Positions 23,100 through 38,958 of a DNA stretch of 64,000 nt are shown here, in pieces. Source of the DNA: Prorocentrum cordatum (taxonomy: Eukaryota); the NCBI GenBank assembly GCA_963575745.1, contig CAUYUJ010000001.1:496001-560000 (forward strand), read 5' to 3'. Under the pieces are notes generated by a model. The model was not told where the DNA came from and made no database searches. It saw nothing but the letters and a program-made list of their open reading frames with translations. Positions within the stretch are counted from its first letter, which is position 1; every line of letters begins with the position of its first letter. A program made the position numbers and the translations under genes.

Positions 23100-24288
23100 A
23101 ATCGAACAATGGCGATGATGATGTGAGCGCAGCGCCACACGGCGTGCACAAGTGATCTCACGGAAAGCGTAACGGCGTGGACGCGGGCAATGTAAATGGT
23201 AGAGCCGGCGGGTATGATATAGGCAACGAATGGTATTGCGCGCAAGGCATAAGCCGAGAGGGATTCGGGCGGCAAGCCAGAGTTGAGGGAACCAGGCAAG
23301 GAGAATGGGTGATGAGGCAAGGACAGTGCAGGCGCGTGTCAGATAGGCACAGGGGTTGAGACCGTACATGACGGAAATACCGAGAAGGATGCGAGACCGG
23401 GCGGGTAGCCGGAAACGAAAATGATGGGATTAGTGCGGACATCAGGTGAGCAGAATAGGGGGAGATGATGTGAGCGCACCCCCATTGGACGTGTATAATC
23501 GATCTCATTGGGAGCGGACAAAAAGGACGGGGTAGCCGCGGAGGAGCGCGACGCGAGAGGGAAGAACGAGCGACGAGACAAGCCGACCGATGGCCCACGG
23601 AGAGGCGAGTGCTCCGGGTCCAAAGGTGCGTCGGACGGGGATCGAAAGGTTCAATGTTGCGCCCCAGTAAAAGGGGAGTGGGCGGTCGGTGCCGCCAGAT
23701 ATTGGCAGGGGAGTCTCGCGAGGCCTGGCCTGCCCTACAGTTGGCAGGGGTGGCCAGGCGTCTTGGAACATAACCATAATGTCGGGGTGTAAAGAAAGGC
23801 CCAGCATGAATGGTCAGATGACGCGGGGCGAAAGCCCAGCATGAGGGGTCAACGCATGTGGAGCCAGAGCCCAATCGAAATGTAAGACATGTAGAATCTA
23901 TCTCACTGGGAGCGTAACGGTCTGGACGTCGGAATTGCAGATAGAGTGACAGGGGTGGCATGATTTATCCGCTCCATCGTGCCCCCATAAGCAGAGAGCA
24001 AAGTAGGGCCGAGACTGGGCACAACAAAGTGTTGCGCATTTTGTTTGCTCGGTGTCACCTGTAACAACCAATACGGAGGCGAAGGGCGAGGCAAGCGACG
24101 GAACGAAACTTAAGATTAGGCTGTGGCCGAAAAAGGCGAGATCGCGGCCATATAGCTAACATAAGCAGGGCATGTCGAGCATGCGGGTACCAGGCAGTCG
24201 AGATGAAGGACATCATGCGGAGGGGAGCAATGTGGGGGACGGGCCCAATGTTGCAGAGGGCAAGACAATGGGGACGACAGAGGGAGAT

Positions 24289-24333
<45 letters not shown>

Positions 24334-24925
24334 CAAAGAGAGAGAGGGAAAGAGAAAGGGAAGATAAGCCTACCGAGCGTAAGGCAGGGCCGAGAAGGAT
24401 GGGAGCACGGGCGGGTAGCCAGAGAGGAAACGGATGGGAGAAGTAGGGGAAATGGCACACCGAAACAAGGCGGTGAGGATGTGAGCGCAGCTCCACACGG
24501 CGTGTATAATTGATCTCACTGAGAGCGTAATGGCGTGGACGCGAGCAAGGTTGATAAAGCCAGCGGGCACGAGATAGTCAACGAGACGGATCAGGGATCG
24601 GGCGGCAAGCCAGAGAGGAGGAGGGTGGAAACCACATCGGGAGTCAGGCAGGCAGAATGGTGGATGAGGCAAGGACATGGCAGGCGGGTGTCAGATAGGC
24701 AAAGGGATTGATATCGTATGTAAAGGGAAGGCCGAGTTGGAAGAGAACCATACTACTGGGACAATAAGAAAGACCCAGCATGAAGCGTCAAATTGAGAGG
24801 GGCGAAGTCCCAGCATGCGGGGTCAACGCATGTGGAGCCAGAGCTTCATCGAACCATCTAGCCAGAGCTCCAGACATGTAGAATCTATCTCACTGGGAGC
24901 GTAACGGTCTGGACGTCGGTGCTGC
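23100..24925. repeat. Diverged direct duplication (about 23100-23940 versus about 24440-24925), with a further related piece at about 26935-27185
   Basis: Shared GATGTGAGCGCAGC.CCACACGGCGTG, TCAGATAGGCA, CCCAGCATG..GGGTCAACGCATGTGGAGCCAGAGC and AGACATGTAGAATCTATCTCACTGGGAGCGTAACGGTCTGGACGTCGG. Confidence 0.8.
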
Positions 24926-25907
24926 ATACCGAGTCCCTGTCGTGCCCCTAATAGGCAGAGAACACATCAGGGCGACACTGGCCACATCAAAGTGTGGCTC
25001 TTTTTGTGTGTTTGGTTGCTGCTCTCGCAGCCGATGTGGAGGTGCAGGGTTAGGTGAGCAGTTGCGGAGCATGCGCCACAAGCGAGCTTATGGGTGACAG
25101 GATGGCCCGGCCAGTCACCGAGCCAACAGGTGTCATGTCCGATTGTAGGCGCGAAGACTAAGGTTGCTCCCGCTCAGTATGGATACTGCTAGAACGCCTT
25201 GGCTCGCAGGGCCGAGCGAGGAGCAGGATGGAAGAGGATCGCGCGTCCCTTGCTCTGGCATCCCAGAGCCATGAGCTCTCGAGTTGGGTAATGGGCCGTG
25301 TGGTAGCCATGAGTCGCGCAGGATGGACAGAGGCGGAGGGGAGTTGGAACGGAAGTGGAGATTGAGGTTGTGGCCGGGAAAGATGAGACAACGGTGGGAT
25401 AGCCACCATATGCAGGAAAAGTCCAGCATGCGGGCATCAGGTAGCCGAAAGGAAGGATACCATGTGGTGGGGAGCCATGTGGGGGATGGTCCCACGAATG
25501 CAGGGGGCAACAGAGAGGAACACATATACATGTATGTATGCTTATATGTGTATATGTATACATGTAGATATATACACATGTGGTATATGTACATATGTAC
25601 ATGTTTTGTGTGCATGTATGAGATTCTGTATATGTATATAAATATCCACACTCACACATCCACATATATATATGTATATATATACACACCTACAGCTGTA
25701 CACATGTATGCATATCCATCATTATGTATGTATACAGTTGGAATTGTAGGCGTGGGTATATACATATATCGGCACATAGATAGCGAGAGAGAGAGAGATA
25801 TGCATAGAGAGAGAGAGGGAGAGAGAGAAAGAGAGAGAGACAATTATCCCAGTGCGACCCTACCTAGGAGTTGGAGCCCCTAGGAAAGCAGCATTAGTAG
25901 TAACAGT

Positions 25908-26626
25908 AAAGCTAAGCTAAAGCTAAGCTAAAGCTAAGCTAAAGCTAAGCTAAAGCTAAGCTGAAGCTAAGCTAAAGCTAAGCAGAAGCTAAGCTAAGGC
26001 TAAGCTAACACTAAGCTAAAGCTAAGCTAAAGCTAAGCTGAAGCTAAGCTGAAGCTAAGCTAAAGCTGAGCTAAAGCTAAGCTAAAGCTAAGCTAACGCT
26101 AACGCTAAAGCTAAGTTGAAGCTAAGCTAAAGTTAAGCTAAAGCTAAGCTAAGGCTAAGCTAAAGCTAAGCTAAAGCTAAGCTAAAGCTAAGCTGAAGCT
26201 AAGCTAAAGCTAAGCTGAAGCTAAGCTGAAGCTAAGCTAAAGCTAAGCTAAAGCTAAACTGAAGCTAAGCTGAAGCTAAGCTAAAGCTAAGCTAAAGCTA
26301 AGCTGAAGTTAAGCTAAAGCTAAGCTAAAGCTACGCTAAAGCTAAGCTAACACTAAGCTGAAGCTAAGCTAAAGCTAAGCTAAAGCTAAGCTAATACTAA
26401 GCTAACACTAAGCTAAAGCTAAGCTAAAGCTAATCTAAAGCTAAGCTAAAGCTAAGCTAACACTAAGCTAGATCTAAGCTAACACTAAGCTGAAGCTAAG
26501 CTACAGCTAAGCTAAAGCTAAGCTAAAGCTAAGCTAACACTAAGCTAAAGCTAAGCTAAAGCTAAGCTAAAGCTAAGCTAAAGCTAAAGCTAAAGCTAAG
26601 CGAAAGCTAAAGCTAAGGCTAAAGCT
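25908..26626. repeat. 11-bp minisatellite (AAAGCTAAGCT)n, about 65 copies
   Basis: Directly visible, with recurrent GAAGCT and ACACT variants. Confidence 0.95.
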
Positions 26627-27419
26627 CCCAGGGGACTGGGGGAACCGCGGGGCGGGGACTGGGGGTACCGCCCGGGGCGGTTTCCATTGCCCGGCACTTT
26701 AAGCAAAGAGAGTAAGAACCCTTCTAGGCAGAGCCTAGGTAGGGAAAAACAGATAGAGCGAGCGAGAGACAAATGAAGCGATATACATAGAGAGAAAGAG
26801 AGCAGCACAGAGAGAAAGAGAGAGAGAGAGAGAGACAACGAGAGAGAGAGAGATGAAACAACAAGGGAGAGCGAGGTAGACAGAGAGAGAGAGAGAGAGG
26901 GAGAGGGGGACAAGGCCAACGAGGGCAGGAGAGATGGGATAGCCGCGGCGGAGCACGACGCGGGATGGGGACCCGAACCTCACGGCCTCGTTCCAACATG
27001 CGTGGGGGGTAGCGGTCGGCGCCGCTGGGCGTGGGCTGTGAAGCCGCCCGGCCCGGGCCGCGCGTCCAAAGACGCGTGGGATGGGGACCGGCCGGTCCAA
27101 TGTCTTGCCCCAGTAGGACGGAGGAGTATAATTTGGTGCCGCCGGGTATGGGCAGAGAGGCCTCCCAAAGCTTGGCCTGCAGGGGTTAATTCGCCGGGTG
27201 GGCTGGAAGACGGCACGGAGGCCAGGGAATCACTATGGCAGCAGCGGTGGAGGCAGGATGCAATATGGATTGCTGGTGTCGCCCCAGCTCCCTGACCGAA
27301 TGGGGTGCATGCGAGGGTGCTCCTCGACAATGCATATGCGCATTCTCTTACCAGCGCCTCGTGCGTCCCTCACAAGAGTCAAACCCCACAGGCTGCGGGA
27401 AGCTTTTGGCACGGGGGGG

Positions 27420-30320
<2,901 letters not shown>

Positions 30321-30639
30321 TCTCTTGCTCTTCCTGCCGTCAGCTCGAGGAAGCGGAGGAGGATGACCATCCTCGTCGCCCTTCCCGAAGCCCGAGTGAG
30401 AGTCAGAAGGAGCAGGGACGCGGAGAGGTACGACCCGTGCAACCCAGAGAACGTGACGCCCGCCACCGACATCGAGGTGGCGGACGGGGAGGTCCGCCTC
30501 CTGACCCAGCAGCTCTCCAGCATAGAGTCCATGTTGGCCAAGAGGCCTCCTCCACTCTTCTCGCGCCTCCTCCTCCCCCTCTCCCCCCCGCCTTCCCTTC
30601 TCGCTTCCCCCTCCCCCCCTCCCTTTGATAACATGACGG

Positions 30640-31250
30640 CCCCCTTCGGGGAAAAACTTGCGGCGCCGATGGCTCTGGAGGGCCTTTCGCCACTGGTCCC
30701 ATCTTGCGCCGGGTGTCTTTTGGCTTCGCGCGCTTGCGCATTGCTCCAGATCTTGATTGGGACTGTGCGGCGCACGGAGTGCTGGACAGTCAACGTCAGA
30801 CGGTGCCGTGCGCTGAGTTGGACGCCATTGTGGAGGTGGTGCGTCGTGTGGCACGTGATCAGCACGTGACAGTGGTCACTGACAAAATCAATCGCATGAA
30901 AGTTTTTCAGAAGTGACGTTATCACAGCCTTCTGTTGCAGACTACTGATTTGTGGTGGGAGCTCTGGAAGCTGCTCGATTTGCGGATAGGGTTGTTTGAT
31001 TTGCTGTTTACACCCAGCCATTATCCCAATGACGATGCGAAGCTTGCTCGTCTTGCGGCACCTGTGATACCGCATCATCTCTTCATCAATGCGATCGCGG
31101 ATGATCTGGCCTCGGCTCGGTCGGCGAGCGCCCAGATCCTGGCCGATGCGGTTCGCGAAGTCGCTGACCTTTGACACTTGGCTTGCCGCACTTTTCGACG
31201 TCATGTTTCCGTCATCTTGGAACTTGGCAGGGGGGCCCAGTAATCCGGAG
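30640..31250 (+). mobile_element. Complete but disrupted RNase H domain of non-LTR retrotransposon type
   Basis: One frame reads ADGSGG..LRRVSFG ... QRQTVPCAELDAI ... VTVVTD ... DLWWELW ... TPSH ... INAIADDLA (all D-E-D-H-D positions present), with one internal TGA at 30914-30916. Confidence 0.85.
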
Positions 31251-31994
31251 CGCACAAGCACGCTTTCTCGGGCCTCGATCTTCGACCCTCGGACCTCGAT
31301 CCTCGATCCTCGGACCTCGCCGCCGTCGATCCTCGGACCTCGATCCTCGACTCTGGGATCTCGATCCTCGATCCTCGGACTTCGATTTTCGATCCTCGAT
31401 CCTCGGCTTTCGGTCCTCTTAACATCATCTCTTTCTCCTCCCACATGCTGGCCTCCGGTAGGCAACATTTATAATCCCCCCGCAACCCCGAACTTTCTTC
31501 TCCCTGTGGGATTAATCTCGGCAGCACAGGGTTAGCGACGACCCATCAGCAGAAATATCGCGGCGTAAGGAGGAAGTAGACGGGAAGAAATCACGACCAA
31601 GTGCGCTGACTCCCTGCGGCACAGACACCACGTCGGAGTTCTGAGGACGGGGCTCGAAGACCGAGCCTCGACAAGTCTTCGGACGTACCCGGCACCTCTT
31701 TGACCTTCCGAGAGCCCCCTGGAGCCTTCCGATTGCCTCAAGGGTGGACCTCCCGAGGCTTCCTGCCAGCTTCATCGACTTCTGGGCCCTAGGCCTGCGT
31801 CGCGTGCTCTTTGTCCGCCTGTTTCTCCCAACCCTCCTTGGTTGGGTATTCGTTTTGAACAGAGCAGTGCGGTCGCGTCTTCTCCTCCCGCCTCCTCCCG
31901 CCTCACGCCTCCTGCCTCTCGCCCCACCTCCTTCTTGTCTCCTCATACCTTGTGCGTAATTTCCGCCTGTGTGCGCATGTTACCTGCGGTACCT

Positions 31995-32295
31995 GTCTCC
32001 GACCTCGCCGACCTTGGGGGGCTGCGATTTGCGAAATTGTCGCCACTTTCGAGAGCTGCTGGGGGGAACCGCATAGTGGGTACCCGCCGCGGGCCCAAAT
32101 TAGACCTCGCCATCCCTGTGGGGCTGCGATTTGCGAAACTGTCGCCACTTTCGATGGCTGCTTGGGGGGGCCAGCACAGTGTGTAGCCGCCGCGGGCCCA
32201 AAGTAGACCTCGCCATCCCTGGGGGGCTGCGATTTGCGAAACTGTCGCCACTTTCCAGGGTTGCCGGGGGGGGGACAGCATAGTGGGTAGCCGCC
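31995..32295. repeat. Three tandem copies of a ~103-bp unit
   Basis: GACCTCGCC...GGGGCTGCGATTTGCGAAA[CT]TGTCGCCACTTTC occurs three times. Confidence 0.9.
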
Positions 32296-32940
32296 TGACT
32301 TTCGGAGGTCGTCTTCAGACCCTCTGGCGAGAAGAGGCGAGAGTAGGAGGAGGAGGAGGAGGAAGAAGAGGAGGAGGAGGAGGAGGAGGAAGGAACGCAG
32401 AGAAGGGGCGGGGGAAGGGAGACGGAGAGCGAGAGCGGGGTCTTCGGCTTTTGATTTGCGTAGTCGCATTTTTGTTCGGGCCCCTGGGGGTTCCACGTGG
32501 CCGCGGCTGGATGCGCCTCGATATTCTGGAACGATATGGGGGTCGAGCCGTCGTCGGCGCTGGCTGGCCGTTTGGGTCACTCGGGTCGGCGCCCGCATGG
32601 CCCGGATGGTGCCGCGCGTGGAATTGAGCTCGCGCGCAGCTCATTCGGGTGATTCGGGTCATTCGGATCAACCGGCCCTTCCGGTCATTCGGGCCAGCCC
32701 CCAATTAGAGACACGCCTCGCCGACGCACTGATTGTTGGTGGGTGCCGGGCGCGGTCCTCGCTGGCCCTCATCAGGGCCCCATCGGGCATGTTCCCTTAC
32801 AAGGGCCCTCCCCGGGGGATCTCCAGTGTTGTTTCCTCGTGACCGCCTCGGGCTCCCCCTCTCTTGTTCCTTGTCTTTTTTTCCTAGGGTTCCTCGGTCG
32901 TGTTCTTCGGGTCCCCCGGTCTTGTTCCTGGCTCGGATTC

Positions 32941-33117
32941 TTGGGCGCCGCGTAATGGGGGGGTCATAAATTGGGGGGGTGGCGAGTGTGGTCCGAAAAG
33001 GTACCCAAACGGTACCTAAACGAGCCCCCTGGGGCTCTGGAGGGGCCCGAAAGGGGCACGAAAGGGGACCTTTTCTGACCCCCCCATTTGTGACCCCCCC
33101 CAGTAAGCCACGCCCAA
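32941..33117. mobile_element. 177-bp MITE with a 5-bp TSD (GATTC)
   Basis: TTGGGCG..GGGGGGTCATAAATTGGGGG ... CCCCCATTTGTGACCCCCC..CGCCCAA. GATTC at 32936-32940 and 33118-33122. Confidence 0.85.
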
Positions 33118-33736
33118 GATTCGTCGTGTTTCGTGGTCGTGTTCCCTGCTCGGGTCCTTGGCGGCAGACGACCGCGGCGCGCCGCCCGCGCCGGCGCGGG
33201 CGCGGCCGCGGCCGCGACCAGAGCGGGGTCGCCTGGAGGGCCCAGCACCAGCGGCGCCGCGAGAGCGCGGCGGAGACGGGGCCGCCGGCGCTGGTGCGGC
33301 CCATGGTCACCACCCGAAGGCCAACCATGGTCCGACCATGGTTTATAACCGTACCCAATGGTTATCATTTGGATCACATGTGTCATCAATTGGTTTATGT
33401 TGTACTTCAGTTCTTTTTTGGGCTGGTGTCTTCTATTCTCCAGTTACACTGTCTACATATATGTGGGATTACATTACATACTTACGTGATTGCATGTGTT
33501 GCGTACCATACGTGGGGACCGCCACACAACGGTCGCCGCAGCTCTTCGAGCTGCGTGGTGTCCTCACACGCCTACGGATTGGTGACACAGATTGGTTATA
33601 CCCCAGGCCAATTTCAAAAAAAACCCTGCCAGATGCTAAAGCACGAACTCGCATGATAAAGCACGAACTCCCACGTGGTCACCTCCAATGAAAGGCCCCC
33701 CAAATCTGGCAGTGGGCACCACCCGAAGGCCACTGG

Positions 33737-33908
33737 TCACCACCCGAATGATAAACCACCTCAGCCCAACCCGAAGGCTCAAATTTGCCGTCGATTTCCA
33801 GTGGGGGGTGGCGGGGAACATCGAGAAAGCACGCGTGGGACCCTTACCCCCCCCCCAACCCGAGATTCGGGTCTTCGGGTTGGGTTGGGGTGGTCTGGTA
33901 GGTAGTCA
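33737..33908. mobile_element. Inverted second copy of the 1880-2045 MITE
   Basis: Ends in CGGGTCTTCGGGTTGGGTTGGGGTGGTCTGGTAGGTAGTCA, the reverse complement of 1880-1920. Confidence 0.85.
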
Positions 33909-36169
33909 ACATGCGGGGGCTTGTTCGACGCGGGCGGTGCGCTGACGCCGCGCCGCGCGGCCGCTGTCGGCATGCCCGCCGAGGGCCCGCGGAGCTCTCT
34001 CGGCGCATGGGGCGGGCCTGCAATGTATACCTCCTCCCCGTCGATGTGGACGGCGACCCAGAGGCAAGCGGCTAGGTAGTCCCGCTGGAGCCGTCGGCCT
34101 TCGAGACGACTGGGGGCCCGGGCGCGCAGGATGGGGCGATTGCTTTGCTCTTTTGCAGGGCTCGCGGTCGCCGTTCCGCGAGCGGGGGCGGGGAAGCCGA
34201 CGCTGGCGACGAGGGTGTTGGGCAACCGCCCCCCCCGCGCCGCCGCGCGCCCACCTCTGGCGCGGAGGGAGCTTTTGAGCGAGTGCCGGGGTCTGAAAAC
34301 AGGCCTTCGTCTGAAAGCGTAGAACGCACGTAAGAATGGGGGCAGAAGGGGCGGGGGGACAGAAAAGCAATGCCAATCAGTGCCGATCACTGCCAAGCAA
34401 TGCCAAGCAATGCCAAGCAATGCGCCCATGCAGTAGGACACTTTCCCCCAATTTGGGTTGCGCCTGGTTCATTCTCCGATGTCGTCTTCTTGTTCCTCCC
34501 CCTCCTCCTATTACTCCTCTTCCTCCTGACTCTTTGCATCTCTCTCTCTCCCTTTCTTTTCATACGTACTTATATATATATATACACAAATGTTTATATA
34601 TATAGATACGTAGTATTAGTCTGCACGACCATCTATGTGTATTAATGTTTTGAGGTGTCTCTTTGTTTCTTGCTTTCCCACCATCCAGAGCTCATCATGT
34701 CTACCTGATTTTTCTGATGCTGCTACTTTGCTGACCCTCAGCGTCGTCACTTGCGCCAGTTTTCGGCCCAGGCCGTTCAAGACCTTGCAACTGTGACTTG
34801 AGGGGAACGCCAAGCGTTTTCTGAACGCCATCCTCTCTGAACCCCAAACGTTTGTCTGAACGCCGCACTCCAAGCTTCGGCTGGGCAGCGTGTCTCATGG
34901 GTATGCGCGTGGGTTGATGGCTCGGTTGTGGTTGCTTTCTTGTTTGCGTGCTTGCGTGCTTGCTTGCCGGATTAATTACTTGTTCCCTTGCTTGTTTCCT
35001 TGCTTCCTTGCTTGTTTTGTTGCCTGTTTCCTACGGAATCCTATTGAACCCGATGGAGCCCAATAATTAGGGTCTCATGGGCCTCAGAAGTTCCCTCCCC
35101 ACGGAGCTCTACGGGTTCAGTGGAGCCCACTTGAAATACAGTGGGGCCCTCTGTAGACATTCGGAATCTAATGGGCTCCCACACATAAAAACATATGTTA
35201 TATAGTCATGGGAGTCCGATGGAGTCCTGCAAAGGAGCCCACTGGCTCCAAACGGGCTCCAAGTGACCCAATGTTTTTCAATGGATGTCCAATGTGTTTA
35301 TGGAGTCCATCGGTGTCCAAAATCTCATGATCGAGATTCGCATGCATTCCAGTCGAGTCAAATGGAGTCCAAGAGAGTCCACCAGAGATCAATGAAGTCC
35401 AATGGAACCCCACGTGCTCGAATTGGGCCTAATGGAGCCCACTGAGGTCCATCACGAGGGATCGAGGAGGAAATGAGGAGGAAGACCGAGGACCGAGCAG
35501 GAGGAGGCGGAGGAGGCGGGGGATAAGGAGGAGGAGAAGGAGGAGGAGGAGGAGGAGGATCGAGGATGAGCATCGATGACCGAAGGTTGAGTACCGCGAT
35601 CACCAGAGCGACTAATCCAGGCTGTAAGCTCAGACAATTTTGCGAACTCAATCGCGAGCGATACGATCTAAATACTCCCGACGCGTCTTAGATATGGGTT
35701 CCACACATGGCGCTCCAAGGCCGTTTGTTCTCATCCCCAGCGTCTCACCTTTCTTGCCCCATCGGAGCACTTCAGTTTTTCGCAGTCTGCCATGCGTTTC
35801 TCCTTGGGGTCGGCCCACGTCGGCATTGCGCTTGTTACGCTCGGCAGTTTCGCCTGGCAGCTCGTCCGCTCCCACCCGCACCGTCTGGGCCCCGATGCCG
35901 CAGGCAGCCGGGACACGGGCGAAGACTTGAAAAGCTTACGGCGCGCGGGCAGGCGTACGCCGCGATTCTCGTGGGCCCTCGGCGCCCGCATGGCTTTTTG
36001 GGGCTGACGCACTGGTCGGCGGGCGTGCTCCAGGACTCGAAGAGCAGAAACGGGCATGAACACATAGTTTCTCGGAGGTCCGCTCGGATTTCTTGCATCG
36101 GCGCTGGGCCTCCCTGGCGGCGCCTGACGGCACCGATCCTAGGGATCCGGACGGACCTCCGAGAGATTA

Positions 36170-37240
36170 TTGCTCATGCCAGCTTCAGTTCCTCTCAAGG
36201 GCGAGACCTTGACCTTCAGCGGCCAGGTTGCGATTGACCGTGCGGGCGCGATCGAGTTCATGTGCATACTGTCCGGGCTTCTCTCCTCGCTCTTCAGCTA
36301 CGCCCTGCTCACCCGCCTGGGCGGGAGGGCCCTCGCCTGCGAGTACCACGAGGTCCTCGGTCTGAAGGATGGCGTTCCCTCCGTGGCGAACCTTCTGGTT
36401 GGACCAGTCCACTTCCTTGCCCTCAGCGTGCAGCGCCACGTTCTCGAGCAAAACCTAACCAATACAGGTCCTCTGCTGACCATCGTGAGCAGCGACACGG
36501 TCATCATCAGCATATACTTCTACCTATTTGCGGCGGAGGTGGTGAGCCGTACGTACTGGAGTTTTCGGCATTGTCCTTGTCCTGGTCGGGAATTTTGTTT
36601 CCTCCTCGGCCGTAGCGGCATTGTCGATCGAACCTGTAGCAATGGCCTTAAGTCTTGTCACCATGCTATTGTTTGCCACGGCGGCCACTTTGATGCGTCT
36701 CAGATCTAAAGGTACCTCAGCGGCCGCCAGTTTCGTGATCCGGTGTCAGACGTTGTCTCTTGCAGCCGTGTTGGGCAGTGTCGTACGTGGTGGTATGAAT
36801 GGCCAGACAGACTTTTCATGTTCTGCAGTTCTCGGTTGTCTGGCTCTGCTACATGACGCTGGTATATTTTGCATCACGAAAGCTTTGGCGTATCATTTGG
36901 CATGAGTGTGTTGTGCTATCTGGGGCTCAAATGCTGTAGTGGTGCTTCTCATGAACATCGTTGTGTTGCACAAGTTCCCGAATGACGTTGCGTTGAGCGG
37001 AATGTGCTGTACGGTCGTGGGAATCCTCGTATGCTCGACGTGCAGCCGCGAGCCAGAGGCCGCCCCAATAAAGCAGAGCAGCGGCGACGAGGTGGGAGGC
37101 GATGTCGCGCGGGCAGACACGCTCGGCCGAGGAGGCGATGCAGATGCTGGGTGTTCCGCGGAGTCAGAGTTGAGGGCTTTCCCGCAGCGAGTGTCCATGC
37201 GGCGGAATTCCGTAGGCCGTTCCGATGTCTGATACGCTGC
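36170..37240 (+). pseudogene. Intronless DMT/EamA-like multi-pass membrane transporter pseudogene
   Basis: A series of hydrophobic helices across ORFs 36170..36709, 36621..36905 and 36906..37232. The C-terminal pattern KALAY..A...AIWGSNAVVVLLMNIVVLHKFP..VALSGMCCTVVGILV resembles DMT transporters. Frameshift near 36560 and TGA at 36903-36905. Confidence 0.6.
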
Positions 37241-38851
37241 AGATAATGGGGGGGGGGCGGGAGGAGGAGGAGGAGGAGGAGGAGGAGGAGGAGGAGGAGG
37301 AGGAGGAGGAGGAGGAGGAGGAGGAGGAGGAGGAGGAGGAGGAGGAGGAGGAGGAGAGAAGGAGAAGTGAGGAGCAGTTTGGGGGGGCGTGGAGGGTAGG
37401 CTGTCGCCCTGACGTCCAACATTTGTACACAGTTATAAGTTGTGGTCGCAATCTTAGTAGCTGCTCGCACCCGTCGTGGCCTGCATCGGCAGGCACATCA
37501 GCTCTCCTCCTTCTTCTCTTATTGTTATGCTCCGCTCCGCCTGTTCCATCGTTCCCTTTCAAGCCTGCCCCTCGAGAGCTCACTGTCGAGACAAAGTGTT
37601 TGAATTCGAAAGCTTTGGCGGTTGCCTGCCGGCCAGCCGATCTTCCGCAACCTGCGCGTCGAGAGCGCGCAGAGTCGGGGCGTTGCGCCGGCGAAGGGCC
37701 AGCCAGGGCCAGCTGGACATGACCCTTTTTTCTCGTCCGCCGCTCAGTCGCCCTCCCTCATCCCCGCCTCCTCCTCCTCCTCCTCCTCCTCCTCCTCCTC
37801 CTCCTCAGCAGGACTAGACGAGAGAGGAGGATAAGTGCTCAAAGCGCCATCCCCCACCCAGAGCAGCTCGGAGAAGATCGACCTGCAGCGCGGGTTGAAC
37901 TGCTGGAATGGGCAGCGAGAGAGAGAGAGAGAACTCCTCCTCCTCCTCCTCCTCCTCCTCCTCCTCCTCCTCCTCCTCCTCCGTGTCTTGACACCCCCAA
38001 AGCACCTGCTATCTCTTCTCCTCTCCCTCCCGGGCTCTCAGAGGCGCGCAGAACGCAGTGCCCCTCTGCGAATTCATGGGTGCGACGTGCAGTGGGACTG
38101 CTAGGGCTCGGCGGCCCCCGACATGCAGCACGCGATGGTGTCTCCTGCTGGCCGAGGCTATCGTTAAGTCGGGCGTGTTCCTCTGCAGGAGGAATATTCA
38201 AAAATAGTAGGAAATAGTCAGGGACGATTTTTCGACCATATTCGATTGGTTTCGAGCATTTTTGAACCATGTTATATTTTTCGTCCAGCGCCCGCCTGCA
38301 GGAGGACATGCCCGACCTGAGGCTATCGCCCCGCAACGCGTATCGTTCTCGAATTCTCGGATTGGCGCGCTGCGCACATCATTTGGAGGTCCGCGTGCCA
38401 TTCTGAGATCCGCCTGCCGCTGGTGCGCGCGCGCGCGCCCCGCCCGCCCGCGAGCGGGCGACCCGAGCGCCACCCGAGCGCCGGGGGCGGATGGGTCGGA
38501 GGCCCTCGCCCCGCCCCCGCGCAGTTTCTCTTCAACTGGCCAGGCCCGAGCACGCGGTGCTCCGCCGTGCCTCCTCCTCCTCCTCCTCCTCCTCCACCTC
38601 CTCCTCCCCCTATTCCTCCTCCTCCTCCTCCTCTTCCTCCTCCTCCTCCTCCTCCTCCTCCTCCTCCTCCGACCATGTCGCGCGTGGCGTCGCGCCCTGC
38701 TTCCCCTCCATGCTTTCCCAACGGCCACGTGGACGAAAGTCCGGCCAGGCAGGACGAGTTCGGTCAGACTGCTGGCCGTGCGCTCGCGTCGTTGCCTAGG
38801 CCATGCCCGAGGGAATCTCGTGCGCTGTGCGCGTGGGCAGCGTCGCGTGGG

Positions 38852-38958
38852 CAGATGCTGGGTGTCCTGCGAAGTCAGAGTTGATGGCTTTCCCGCAGCA
38901 TGTGTCCATGTGGCGGAAGTCCTTAGGCCGTTCCGATGTTTGAAGCGCTGCATAAATA
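38852..38958 (+). repeat. Diverged copy of 37140-37245 (3' end of the transporter pseudogene)
   Basis: GCAGATGCTGGGTGT.C.GCG.AGTCAGAGTTGA.GGCTTTCCCGCAGC..GTGTCCATG.GGCGGAA.TCC.TAGGCCGTTCCGATGT in both. Confidence 0.85.

Noticed and set aside
25908..26626. Interstitial telomeric repeat
   Set aside because: The minus strand reads TTAGC/TTTAGC, not the TTTAGGG reported for dinoflagellates, and has no G runs.
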